Assembly: GCA_021847425.1 (NCBI GenBank)
Contig: JAJZRF010000005.1
Location: 13 to 64,012 of the forward strand
Direction of reading: 5' to 3'
From: Deltaproteobacteria bacterium
Lineage (GTDB): Bacteria; Desulfobacterota; Desulfobulbia; Desulfobulbales; Desulfurivibrionaceae
DNA length: 64,000 bases
This document shows positions 27,301-36,349 of this stretch, one piece after another. Both the position numbers and the translations under genes were made by a program. Each line of letters begins with the position of its first letter. Position 1 is the first letter of the stretch. Below the pieces are notes generated by a model. The model was not told the origin of the DNA, made no database searches, and was given only the letters and a program-made list of their open reading frames with translations.

Positions 27301-28617
27301 ATGGCGTTAATCGTGCAGAAATTCGGCGGAACCTCGGTGGCGAATCCGCAAAAAATCAAGGCGGTGGCCGAACGGGTCATGGGCTACAGCCGCAAGGGGC
27401 ACCGGATGGTGGTCGTGCTCTCGGCCATGGCCGGCGAAACCAACCGTTTCGTCGATCTGGCCAACCAGATGCAGGCCATTCCCGACCCCCGGGAAATGGA
27501 CATGCTCCTGGCCACCGGTGAACAGGCGACCATCGCCCTGTTCACCATGGCTGTCAAGGAAGCGGGTCTCGATGCCATCTCGCTTCTGGGCGATCAGGTG
27601 AGGATCACCACCGACCGGATGCACACCAAGGCCAGGATCCTGAATATTGACTCGAACCTGATCAACCGCCACCTGGACGCGGGCAGGATCGTGGTGGTGG
27701 CCGGGTTTCAGGGCGTCACCAAGGACGGCGACCTGACCACCCTGGGCCGGGGCGGCTCAGACACCACGGCGGTTGCCTTGGCCGCGGCCTTGAAAGCCGA
27801 CGAGTGCGAGATCTACACCGATGTGGAAGGGGTGTACACCACCGACCCAAACATCTGCAAGAATGCCCGCAAGATTGACCGTATCTCCTATGATGAAATG
27901 CTGGAACTGGCCAGTCTCGGCGCCAAGGTGCTGGATATCCGCTCGGTCGGTTTTGCCAAACGATATAAAGTTCCTGTCCATGTTCGTTCCACCTTCACGG
28001 AAACCGAAGGAACATGGGTGGTAGAGGAGGATAAAGAAATGGAATCAAATCCCGTATCCGGAGTAACCTGCAGCAAGAACGAAGCACGCATCACCATCAG
28101 CAAGGTCCCGGACGTTCCGGGCACCGCGGCCCGGGTTTTCAACCCGATCACCAGCCAGGGGATCGTGGTTGACATGATCATCCAGAACACCCGGGAAGGT
28201 GAGCTCACCGACATGACCTTTACCGTGCCGCGCACCGACTACAAGAAGACCATGCAAATCATGAAAAAGGTTGTGGCGGACATCGGCGCCGATGGGGTGA
28301 CCGGGTCGGAGAACATCGCCAAGGTCTCCATCGTCGGAGTCGGCATGCGCAACCACGCGGGCATCGCCTCCACCATGTTCAAGGTGCTCTCCGACGAGGG
28401 GATCAACATCCTGATGATCTCCACCTCGGAGATCAAGGTTTCCTGCGTCATCGAGGAGAAATATACCGAGCTGGCGGTCCGGGCGCTGCACGACGCATTC
28501 AACCTGGAAAAGGGCCCGGCCAAGAAGCGGCCGGGCAAGAGCATTGCCCCGGCGAAAACCAAGGCAGCCCCAAAGGCCAAAGCGGCAACGCCGAAAGCCA
28601 AAAGCAAAAAAAAGTAA
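27301..28617 (+). CDS. lysC: Aspartate kinase with Lys/Ala/Pro-rich C-terminal tail
   Basis: MALIVQKFGGTSV, VAGFQG, TLGRGGSDTTAVALA, YTDVEGVYTTDP, two ACT domains. Confidence 0.96.
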   Translation: MALIVQKFGGTSVANPQKIKAVAERVMGYSRKGHRMVVVLSAMAGETNRFVDLANQMQAIPDPREMDMLLATGEQATIALFTMAVKEAGLDAISLLGDQVRITTDRMHTKARILNIDSNLINRHLDAGRIVVVAGFQGVTKDGDLTTLGRGGSDTTAVALAAALKADECEIYTDVEGVYTTDPNICKNARKIDRISYDEMLELASLGAKVLDIRSVGFAKRYKVPVHVRSTFTETEGTWVVEEDKEMESNPVSGVTCSKNEARITISKVPDVPGTAARVFNPITSQGIVVDMIIQNTREGELTDMTFTVPRTDYKKTMQIMKKVVADIGADGVTGSENIAKVSIVGVGMRNHAGIASTMFKVLSDEGINILMISTSEIKVSCVIEEKYTELAVRALHDAFNLEKGPAKKRPGKSIAPAKTKAAPKAKAATPKAKSKKK

Positions 28618-28626
28618 GGAACGAGA

Positions 28627-30219
28627 ATGGCCGGAAAAGTCTCCATCTACGACACCACCCTGCGGGACGGAACCCAGGCCGAGAATTTCAACCTCTCGCT
28701 GGAGGACAAGCTGCGCATCACCCTGAAGTTCGACGAACTGGGGATCGACTTTGTCGAGGGCGGCTGGCCGGGCTCCAACCCCAAGGACGTGGAATACTTC
28801 AAGGAGATTCGCAAGTACGAACTCAAACACACCAAGGTCACGGCCTTCGGCTCCACCAGGCTCTTTGCCAACCCGGCGGAGCAGGATGGGAACCTCAATG
28901 CCCTGATTGCGGCAAAAACCCCGGGCATCACCATCTTCGGCAAAACCTGGGACATTCATGTCCGCGATGCTCTGCGCATCGAGCTGGATGACAACCTGCT
29001 GATCATCGAGGAATCGCTAAGATACCTGCGGCCCCATGTCCAGCATCTGTTTTACGATGCCGAGCATTTTTTCGACGGCTTCAAGGCCAACCGGGAATAT
29101 GCTTATGCCACCCTGGACCGCGCCATTGCCGGCGGGGCCGACTGTCTGGCCCTCTGCGAGACCAACGGCGGTACCCTGCCCACCGAGCTTTCCGAGATCA
29201 TCAAGGCGGTGAAGGCACATCTGAAGGCAAAAAAGGCCAAGGTAGATTTCGGCATCCACGCCCACAACGATTCCGAGTGCGCGGTGGCCAACTCCCTGAT
29301 CGCCGTCACCCTGGGCGCCTCCCAGGTGCAGGGCACGGCCAACGGCTTTGGCGAGCGGTGCGGCAACGCCAACCTCACCTCGATCATGCCGGCCCTGACC
29401 CTGAAGATGGGCTACGACTTTACGGCGGCCGCCAACCTGCACCGGCTCACCGAGGTCTCCCGGTTTGTCACCGAGCTGGCCAATCTCTCCCCCAACAAGT
29501 ATCAGCCCTACGTGGGGCAGGCCGCCTTTGCCCACAAGGGCGGCATCCACGTCAGCGCCGTGCAGCGCAACCCCCTGACCTACGAGCACCTGGAACCGGA
29601 AAAGGTGGGCAACGTGCGGCGGGTGCTGATCTCGGATCTTTCCGGAAAAAGCAACGTGCTGGTCAAGGCGAAAAAAATCGGTTTGGACTTGGACAGCAAG
29701 GACCCGGTGGTCAGCGCCATCGTCAAGGAGCTGAAGGATCTTGAGAACCAGGGCTTTCAGTACGAAGGAGCCGAGGCGTCCTTTGAGCTGCTCATGCGGA
29801 GGGCCATGGGAACCCCGAAGAAGTATTTCGACCTGCACGGCTTTCGGGTGATCAGCCAGAAGTCTCCGGACGGCGTGCTTCAGGAGGAGGCCACCATCCG
29901 GCTGGCTGTCGGCGGCGAGGAGGTGCATACCGCAGCCCTTGGCAACGGCCCGGTCAACGCCCTGGACAGGTCGCTCAGAAAAGCGCTCACCCGGTTCTAC
30001 CCGAATCTCAAGGAGATGGAGCTGCGGGATTACAAGGTGCGGGTCCTGGCCAGCGAACACGGCACCGAGGCCCGGGTGCGGGTGCTGATCGAATCCCGCG
30101 ATCAAGACAGCATGTGGGGCACGGTGGGAGTCTCCCCGGACATCATCGAGGCAAGCTGGCAGGCCCTGGTGGACAGCATCACCTACAAGCTCATGAAGGA
30201 TGAACGAAACAAGCAGTGA
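28627..30219 (+). CDS. cimA: Citramalate synthase
   Basis: [55 protein letters not shown]. Confidence 0.93.
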   Translation: MAGKVSIYDTTLRDGTQAENFNLSLEDKLRITLKFDELGIDFVEGGWPGSNPKDVEYFKEIRKYELKHTKVTAFGSTRLFANPAEQDGNLNALIAAKTPGITIFGKTWDIHVRDALRIELDDNLLIIEESLRYLRPHVQHLFYDAEHFFDGFKANREYAYATLDRAIAGGADCLALCETNGGTLPTELSEIIKAVKAHLKAKKAKVDFGIHAHNDSECAVANSLIAVTLGASQVQGTANGFGERCGNANLTSIMPALTLKMGYDFTAAANLHRLTEVSRFVTELANLSPNKYQPYVGQAAFAHKGGIHVSAVQRNPLTYEHLEPEKVGNVRRVLISDLSGKSNVLVKAKKIGLDLDSKDPVVSAIVKELKDLENQGFQYEGAEASFELLMRRAMGTPKKYFDLHGFRVISQKSPDGVLQEEATIRLAVGGEEVHTAALGNGPVNALDRSLRKALTRFYPNLKEMELRDYKVRVLASEHGTEARVRVLIESRDQDSMWGTVGVSPDIIEASWQALVDSITYKLMKDERNKQ

Positions 30220-30697
30220 TACCGGGAGAAAGGATCTGCGCCCGCTGGTGCTGGTCCTTTTCGCCGTGACCATCCTGACTGTTACCGCCGTCCGCATGGG
30301 CTGGCTTTTCAAGCCTCCCAGCCAGGTTTCCGCCCCGCAAAAACTTGCCTGGTGCGACGGCTCCGTCGCCACCGGTCTCTATCGGGTGCCAGCCGATTTC
30401 GCTTATCCGGCCGAGGAAGAGCAGTCGCAGGCCGAACCCGCTTCTGGACACGAAACCAAAACATCAAGAAAACCCCCGGCAAAACTGGCCCCCCTGTTTT
30501 TCAGACCCATCCCCGTCAATCAGGCCGATGAAGAACTGCTGATCACCCTTCCAGGCATCGGCCCGGTCCTTGCCCGGAGAATCATCGAGTTTCGCGGGCA
30601 GCACGGCAGGATCACTTCCATTGATGAGCTGGACGAGGTCAAGGGGGTCGGCCCGGCCAAGCTCAAGATATTAAAGGCTCACTTGGTTGTCGATTAA
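30200..30697 (+). CDS. ComEA-like helix-hairpin-helix DNA-binding protein
   Basis: N-terminal TM; [26 protein letters not shown]...[11 protein letters not shown]. Confidence 0.85.
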   Translation: MNETSSDTGRKDLRPLVLVLFAVTILTVTAVRMGWLFKPPSQVSAPQKLAWCDGSVATGLYRVPADFAYPAEEEQSQAEPASGHETKTSRKPPAKLAPLFFRPIPVNQADEELLITLPGIGPVLARRIIEFRGQHGRITSIDELDEVKGVGPAKLKILKAHLVVD

Positions 30698-30877
30698 GAG
30701 CTTGTCCGTAAATAAGCTTTTCAGGGATCGCGCCGGATTTTGAGACGGATTTGGTCGGGACGATTGAGCAAAACCACAGGCGTAGCAGCGCTACGGCGAG
30801 GATTTTGCGATTGAGGAGCGGCCAAAGACGGCCAAAAGCTGGATGCGAGCACCAAAGATTTATTTACGGACAAGCTC
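30698..30877. mobile_element. 180-bp MITE-like element, 18-bp perfect terminal inverted repeats, TAA target duplication
   Basis: TAA|GAGCTTGTCCGTAAATAA...TTATTTACGGACAAGCTC|TAA; central hairpin CGTAGC-agc-GCTACG; no ORF. Confidence 0.8.
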
Positions 30878-30932
30878 TAAGCCGTTGAGCAAAAACAACT
30901 TGAACATCGAGTCCTGCCAAGACACAGCATAA

Positions 30933-30982
30933 GGAGCCGTAAAGTCGAGGCAGAACAGTACAAGTTATTTTCGCACGGCTCC
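30933..30982. mobile_element. 50-bp degenerate MITE-like remnant
   Basis: TAA|GGAGCCGT...GTTATTTTCGCACGGCTCC|TAA; right end resembles the TIR of the neighbouring element. Confidence 0.5.
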
Positions 30983-31006
30983 TAAACAGAACGGCTCCTC
31001 AACGTA

Positions 31007-32251
31007 CTACGCTAAAAAGAGCCGCCCCTGGGCCAGGCATTGGCCCAGCTCCCGGTACACCTCCTCGAACCGCTCCCGGTCGGGCTTGGTGCCCAGCGCC
31101 CGGATGAGCCGCCGGGACAACGGCCCCTGCGCCAGCATGGTCTCCACGGTCTGCCGGATACCGTGTCCGGCCGCGACCAGCTCCGGGGTGCAGTCCGCGG
31201 CCAGCTCCTGCCAAAGCTCTCCCGCGGTCATGGCCGCGTGTCCTGCTCTGCCAAACAGGCTCAGGTAACGACGGCCGTTGATCACCGCCTCTTCGCCATC
31301 CCTGACCGTGCCGGTAAAAATCTCCGCCAGCCCCCCGGTTTTCGTTGCCATCTGCTCCGCCAACCCGGACCAACGTTCAGCGGTCAACCCTTTGAGCACC
31401 GCGCAGATCAGCACGGCCAGGGAAATATCGGCCAGCGGGCACTCCTGGATATCCAAGACGCGAATCTCGATGGCGCTGCGGTCGAACCGGGCAATGGCCC
31501 CTCGGGAGTTGAGCCATTCCGCTTCCAGCACCCCGTCCGGATCAAGGGGCGCAATGTCGCGGCGCAGACGCTGGTATATCTGCCGTTCATACTCGGCCTC
31601 GCTGAACACCGGCTCCGGGATGACCTGACCGGTGATGAAGGGAATCCGCTTTTGGTTATTCCGGTAATACTCCAGCCGGGTGTCCAGCCAGCCGGTGAGC
31701 GCGCCGTCCGCCGCAGGCGAGCTTGCGGCTATGGCCGGAAGGATGGGCAGCAGCAGCCGGATCGCCGCATGCAAACACCCAAACCCCTCGTCCGTGCCAA
31801 AGCCCAGGTTGAGATGGGTGGACTGCAGATTGGACCAGCCATGGCCCTGGCAGTTGAAGATCCGGTTGTAGGTATTGTAGATGTCCTTGTTGCCGTGAGG
31901 CCAGAGAAGGGTTTCGCTGTGCGGGTCCATCCAGGGGTGCATGGCCGTGGGCAGGAGGATTGCCCCCTCTTGGGCCGCCACCCGGCCAAGTTCCTCAACC
32001 TCTTTCTGAAGTTTTTCCGCCAGCCCCGGCAGCCCAGGAGCCGGAACGCTGTTTTTGATCTCGATCACATGCAGGGCCAGTTCATTGGACCAGGCCATGA
32101 TCCCCCGTTTCACCTCGTTGGTGATGGTGCCCGCAACCCGTTCCAGAATGCGGTCGGCAATGGGCGCCACATCCAGGGTATCCTCGCGGACCAGCATGTA
32201 TTCCAGTTCAATGCCGAACTTTCGGAACAATTCCTCCTGGCTCATGCCCAC
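31007..32251 (-). CDS. Glutamate-cysteine ligase family 2 (GCS2) carboxylate-amine ligase
   Basis: FGIELEYMLV, NELALHVIEIK, LPTAMHPWM, QSTHLNL, NSRGAIARFDRSAIEIRVLDIQE. Confidence 0.85.
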   Translation of the reverse strand: MGMSQEELFRKFGIELEYMLVREDTLDVAPIADRILERVAGTITNEVKRGIMAWSNELALHVIEIKNSVPAPGLPGLAEKLQKEVEELGRVAAQEGAILLPTAMHPWMDPHSETLLWPHGNKDIYNTYNRIFNCQGHGWSNLQSTHLNLGFGTDEGFGCLHAAIRLLLPILPAIAASSPAADGALTGWLDTRLEYYRNNQKRIPFITGQVIPEPVFSEAEYERQIYQRLRRDIAPLDPDGVLEAEWLNSRGAIARFDRSAIEIRVLDIQECPLADISLAVLICAVLKGLTAERWSGLAEQMATKTGGLAEIFTGTVRDGEEAVINGRRYLSLFGRAGHAAMTAGELWQELAADCTPELVAAGHGIRQTVETMLAQGPLSRRLIRALGTKPDRERFEEVYRELGQCLAQGRLFLA

Positions 32252-33723
32252 AGCCCTCCGCCCTTGCGCTCGTCAACCCTGCGGGCGAACACCCGCATCA
32301 GCCGCAGGTAGAGTTCGTCTTTCAGCACCTTGTCTTCCACGCCTGCGTCGATATTGGGGTTGTCGTTGATCTCGATGAGAAAGAAACGGTTGCCCACCTG
32401 TTTGATGTCCACCCCGTAGAGGCCGTCGCCGATCAGGGTCGAACCCTTGAGCGCCAGCTTGATCAGGCCGGGCGGGCAATGCTCCACCGGCAGGGTTTCG
32501 GCGTCGCCATCGCTGAGCTTGCGCCCGGCGGAATCCCGTTTGATGATCTGCCAATGATTCCGGGCCATGAAATACTTGCAGGCAAAGAGCGGTTGCCCAT
32601 CAAAAACGCCGACCCGCCAGTCATAGGTGGTGGGCATGAACTCCTGGGCGATGATCAGCTCGGATTTCTGGAGCAGCTCCGTAACCTGCCTGGCCAGCTC
32701 TTCCTTGTTTTCCACCTTGACCACGCCTTGGGAAAAAGAGCTGTCCGGCTTCTTGAGCACACAGGGAAAGCCCAGCTCGGCGCTGAACTGCTGCCAGTTG
32801 CCCTGGTGGAGGATGCGGGTCTTGGGGATAGGAATTTTGTGCCTGGTCAGGATCTCGGCCAGAAACACCTTGTTGGTGCAGCGCAGGATGGATTCCGGGT
32901 CATCGATCACCACCAGACCTTCGGCCACGGCCCTGCGCGCGAAACGGTAGGTATGGTGCAGCACGCTGGTGGTTTCCCGGATGAACAGGGCGTCAAATTC
33001 GGCAAGCCTGCCGTAATCATCCTTTTGAATGAACTCCGCGCCAAAGCCCACCGCCTCGGCTGCCTTGACCATGCGCTGCAGGGCCTTGGCATTGGAGGGC
33101 GCTTCCGCCTCCGCCGGGTCGTGGAGAATGGCCAGATCGTAGCGGGCGGTTCGCCGCCGGTGAAAAATGCGATGCCGCCCCTTGAAATACTCACGGGCCA
33201 TTTCCACGGCAAAATCGCGGTGGTCCGGGGGAATATCGTTGGCAGCCATGGGGGTGATACCGGTCAGCTGCCATTTCCCTTCCTTTTCGTTATGGCTGAA
33301 ATTGGCGCGCAGGAAGGGCGCCTGGAAGATCTTGAACAGCTGCTGGGCAAGCCTTTCGTGCCTTTTTGCCACATTATGGCCGAAATAGATGCTCACCACA
33401 AACTCCGGCGATTTTATCTGGCCCAGGCTCTGCTGGATAATCTCGTCCAAATCATCGGAGGCGATGCGGATAATGGCCTGGGTCTTGAAATCCTGGATGG
33501 TGGCCACGTCCGGCAGGGGCTTGTGCCCCCTGGCCGCGGCCAGCAGCGAGACATAATAGCCGGTGCTCTGGTAGCGATAGGATTTACACAGGTTGAACAC
33601 CCTGGCCGAGGGCAGTTCCGCGTAGGCGGCATCGGTGAGGTAAGCGCGGGCCGGGACGATTTCCACATCGCTGATGGCAAGGGGCCAGTCCTTGGGATCG
33701 TTCACTACAATCAGCACCTTCAT
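32242..33723 (-). CDS. RimK-family ATP-grasp ligase with N-terminal accessory domain
   Basis: N-terminal NLCKSYRYQSTGYYVSLLAAARGH; ATP-grasp DALFIRETT, CTNKVFL, VLKKPDSSFS.GV, IAQEF, DWRVGV, GLYGVDIK, IEINDNP. Confidence 0.9.
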   Translation of the reverse strand: MKVLIVVNDPKDWPLAISDVEIVPARAYLTDAAYAELPSARVFNLCKSYRYQSTGYYVSLLAAARGHKPLPDVATIQDFKTQAIIRIASDDLDEIIQQSLGQIKSPEFVVSIYFGHNVAKRHERLAQQLFKIFQAPFLRANFSHNEKEGKWQLTGITPMAANDIPPDHRDFAVEMAREYFKGRHRIFHRRRTARYDLAILHDPAEAEAPSNAKALQRMVKAAEAVGFGAEFIQKDDYGRLAEFDALFIRETTSVLHHTYRFARRAVAEGLVVIDDPESILRCTNKVFLAEILTRHKIPIPKTRILHQGNWQQFSAELGFPCVLKKPDSSFSQGVVKVENKEELARQVTELLQKSELIIAQEFMPTTYDWRVGVFDGQPLFACKYFMARNHWQIIKRDSAGRKLSDGDAETLPVEHCPPGLIKLALKGSTLIGDGLYGVDIKQVGNRFFLIEINDNPNIDAGVEDKVLKDELYLRLMRVFARRVDERKGGGLWA

Positions 33724-34463
33724 GGAATCACCGCGTGAGTCATCGAGTTGTGCCCATTTTTTCTGCCGGGCTCGATGATGAGGAGGTTGGCGTCATAGGT
33801 GACGATGCCCAGCAGGATGGAGCAGATTACCCGGTCTATGGACATCTGGTAATTCTGGCTGGCGGACATGGGGTTGCCCATGTGCGGATCGGCGATGGCG
33901 ACCAATCTGTCCGGTCTGTTGTAGCCGCAGAGGAGTACAAAATGGCCGGAGGGGTTGCCGCGCACATCGTCATCCGCGCAGAGATCGCCGTATTCCCGCA
34001 TGCTCCGGTAGAGATAGGTGGAGCTTAAGCCGGTGAGCACCGGGATGGCGCGTTTCAGGTATTTGCGGAGCAGGGCAGGGGTGAGGTCGGCAAAACGCAG
34101 CTCTCCGCCGAGGTTGAGAAAATCGAGATAGCCCCGGGTGGCCAGGTGGAGTTTTTCGTCGTCCTTGGCCTCCATCTGGGCCAGGAGCCGCGCCTCGATA
34201 TAGTCCGGGTCATGCGAAAACCAGGTGGGGTCGAAAACCTGGAGGTTGTAGGTGTAGATCCGCGCCTTGTAGCCGCGCCGCAGGGCGTGGCAGGCGAGAA
34301 AGACATCCAGGGTGCCGCCGGTTTCCAGGCTTTTTACCTCGTCGATCACCCTGGCCAAGGGGATGTCGTCGCCGTAGTACTGGTACACGGCGTGGAGACA
34401 GGTCGGGCCGCAGGTGGTGAGGTCGGGTTGCGGCAGGATGGGGACGTCAAGGAAGGCTTCCAT
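33720..34463 (-). CDS. Peptidase C39-like (papain-fold) protein
   Basis: QPDLTTCGPTCL (catalytic Cys), GHFVLLCGY (His), IADP (Asp); RBS AGGAGG; start trimmed to MEAFLD. Confidence 0.8.
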   Translation of the reverse strand: MEAFLDVPILPQPDLTTCGPTCLHAVYQYYGDDIPLARVIDEVKSLETGGTLDVFLACHALRRGYKARIYTYNLQVFDPTWFSHDPDYIEARLLAQMEAKDDEKLHLATRGYLDFLNLGGELRFADLTPALLRKYLKRAIPVLTGLSSTYLYRSMREYGDLCADDDVRGNPSGHFVLLCGYNRPDRLVAIADPHMGNPMSASQNYQMSIDRVICSILLGIVTYDANLLIIEPGRKNGHNSMTHAVIP

Positions 34464-34494
34464 GGTGGTTTTCCTCCTGTCAATGTCGCGAGGA

Positions 34495-35145
34495 TCAGCC
34501 AGCCACTTTCGCGACCAGCGCCGCCATGGTTGTGCGAAGCCGGAGGTACTCCTCAGGGGAAAGACCGGCCCCCAGGGCGACCGTTTCCGCCATTTTTGCG
34601 GTGAGAAAGTCGCCGGGTCCATGGGCGTCGGCGTTCACCGCGAGCCCAGCACCTGCGGCCAGGGCCATCTTTGCCACATGGCCGTTGGTGAGCGAATGCC
34701 CCCTGCGACCGGACAACTCAACAAGAATGCCCTTGTCCGCCGCAAGCCGGGCCTCTTCCAGGGTAATGAAGCCGGGGTGGGCCAGAACATCAACGCCTGC
34801 CTCAAGGGCAGCCCGGTTGGTTCCAGGCCGCACAGGCTCCACCGGGGTTTCCCCGTGGCCGACCACGATCTTGGCCCCAAGCTGCCGAGCCCTGCGGGTG
34901 AGTTCACCGAACTGCTCCGGCGGCACATGGGTCAATTCGATGCCGGGCAGGAGCTGGGTCTTGGAATACCTGTTCAGATCAGCCGCCGCCTGCACGATAC
35001 GGGGGATGATGAAATCCAGATTGGAGGAGTCGGCGTGATCGGTGATGGCAACGGCGGAATAACCGAGAATTTCCACCCTCCGAAGATGCTCGGCCGGGAC
35101 GAGTTCGCCATCACTGAACAGGGAGTGGGTATGCAGGTCGATCAT
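34495..35145 (-). CDS. PHP-domain phosphoesterase (histidinol phosphatase-like)
   Basis: DLHTHSLFSDG, AITDH, GIELTH, VGHGET, LAHPG, NADAH. Confidence 0.88.
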   Translation of the reverse strand: MIDLHTHSLFSDGELVPAEHLRRVEILGYSAVAITDHADSSNLDFIIPRIVQAAADLNRYSKTQLLPGIELTHVPPEQFGELTRRARQLGAKIVVGHGETPVEPVRPGTNRAALEAGVDVLAHPGFITLEEARLAADKGILVELSGRRGHSLTNGHVAKMALAAGAGLAVNADAHGPGDFLTAKMAETVALGAGLSPEEYLRLRTTMAALVAKVAG

Positions 35146-35156
35146 GGGAGGTCTCC

Positions 35157-35221
35157 ATTTTTTCAGCCACGATTTTTTTAGCCACGATTTTTTTAGCCAC
35201 GAAAACCACGAAATACACGAA
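35157..35221. repeat. Three tandem 15-mers (ATTTTTT[C/T]AGCCACG) running into a CACGAA nonamer array
   Basis: Units at 35157, 35172 and 35187, then GCCACGAAAACCACGAAATACACGAA. Confidence 0.85.
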
Positions 35222-35242
35222 CTGATGCAGTAGAGTAGTAGA

Positions 35243-35274
35243 GTAGGTCGGGTAGAGCAAAGCGAAACCCGACA
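35243..35274 (+). repeat. GTAG-type REP, copy 1
   Basis: GTAGGTCGGGTAGAGCAAAGCGAAACCCGACA: GTAG head plus GTCGGGT...ACCCGAC hairpin. Confidence 0.92.
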
Positions 35275-35286
35275 TGACATTACGCC

Positions 35287-35829
35287 TTACTCATTCCCAA
35301 TATTTTTATCGAAATCAATCTCTTTATCCGCGCCCCAATCAAAAGGATACATCCCCTGCGTCACAAAACGATGAAACGTGGAATGCGGCCAGGCTTTGGG
35401 CGAAGTTGCCAAGCCATGTTTCACCGGGTTGAAATGAATATATTCAACGTGATTGACGAAGTCCATCTCATCCCTGATTTGATGTTCCCAAAAACGGGGC
35501 TGCCAAATCGGATGTTTGCCTGTAGCAAGATGGGCATCCGCTTGAGTACCCTTGGATTGATCACGGCATTTCCTGCTGAAATAACTCTTTATCTGCCGCC
35601 ACCGCATCGAGAAATCGGAATCGTTTTCCGGCAAGGTCCAAATACAATGCAGATGGTCGGGCAACAGCACAAAAGCCTCGACGGTAAAGGGGTGACGCGT
35701 GATAACATGCTGAAAGGCTTCCTTGATCAGCTTGATATTTGCTTCGTCACAGAGAAACCTTCGCCGCCCGTGAGTCACGACGGTAAAGAAAAAAGCTGCG
35801 CCTTTTGCCCTCGACCGCCGGTATTGCAT
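35287..35829 (-). mobile_element. REP-associated tyrosine transposase (RAYT/TnpA-REP, HUH Y1)
   Basis: FFFTVVT, LLPDHLHCIW (HUH), WQPRFWEHQIRD, YIHFNPVKHGL (catalytic Tyr), WPHSTF; flanked by inverted REPs. Confidence 0.93.
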
Positions 35830-35855
35830 GATTTGCCTTCTGTGTCCAGGTAACG

Positions 35856-35887
35856 TGTCGGGTTTCGCTTTGCTCTACCCGACCTAC
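35856..35887 (-). repeat. GTAG-type REP, copy 2 (inverted)
   Basis: Exact reverse complement of copy 1. Confidence 0.92.
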
Positions 35888-35907
35888 CGACTGTTGGTAT
35901 ATTTATA

Positions 35908-36219
35908 TCATTCGTGTTTTGAAATTATATAATAAACAAACATTGCAAAGAAATTGATAAAAACAAAAAACAGAATGAATGAGTAGGATAAGATGGTAAA
36001 TAAAGACAACCTAGTTAAGGGCAGTGGCGATAACAATTCTTTAGATAAAGAGACGCCAACGAATGATGAAAGAAAAAGGATAACCAACGGAAAAAGAAAG
36101 AGTCTCATATGGCGCATTGCCGTTTTTTTATCCGTAGCAAACTTGATATTAATCGTCATGAAATATGTACATCCGATAGTCAGCAATGCTAGTGCTACAC
36201 TTATAAATATATCCATCAT
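35908..36219 (-). CDS. AT-rich small membrane protein (three predicted TM helices), unknown function
   Basis: 103-aa hydrophobic ORF, preceded by an AGGA RBS-like motif; visibly far more AT-rich than the flanks; lies between REP copies 2 and 3. Confidence 0.6.
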   Translation of the reverse strand: MMDIFISVALALLTIGCTYFMTINIKFATDKKTAMRHMRLFLFPLVILFLSSFVGVSLSKELLSPLPLTRLSLFTILSYSFILFFVFINFFAMFVYYIISKHE

Positions 36220-36238
36220 TTTTATCCTGACTTAATTG

Positions 36239-36270
36239 GTAGGTCGGGTAGAGCAAAGCGAAACCCGACA
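36239..36270 (+). repeat. GTAG-type REP, copy 3
   Basis: Identical to copy 1 over 32 nt. Confidence 0.92.
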
Positions 36271-36349
36271 TTATCTTTACCGAAACACAAGCTGAAATTA
36301 TCTACATCATAACACAAGCATTGCCAGAATATTTCCTGACACTCGCGTC

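Noticed and set aside
35146-35280. N-terminal extension of the PHP ORF containing SWLKK repeats
   Set aside because: It is the translation of the REP and 15-mer tandem repeat; the real start is the ATG at 35145 with a GGAG RBS.
35243-36270. Three identical 32-nt hairpin repeats as a CRISPR array
   Set aside because: Alternating orientation, 350-580 nt gene-containing gaps, GTAG heads, an adjacent RAYT and no cas genes indicate REPs.
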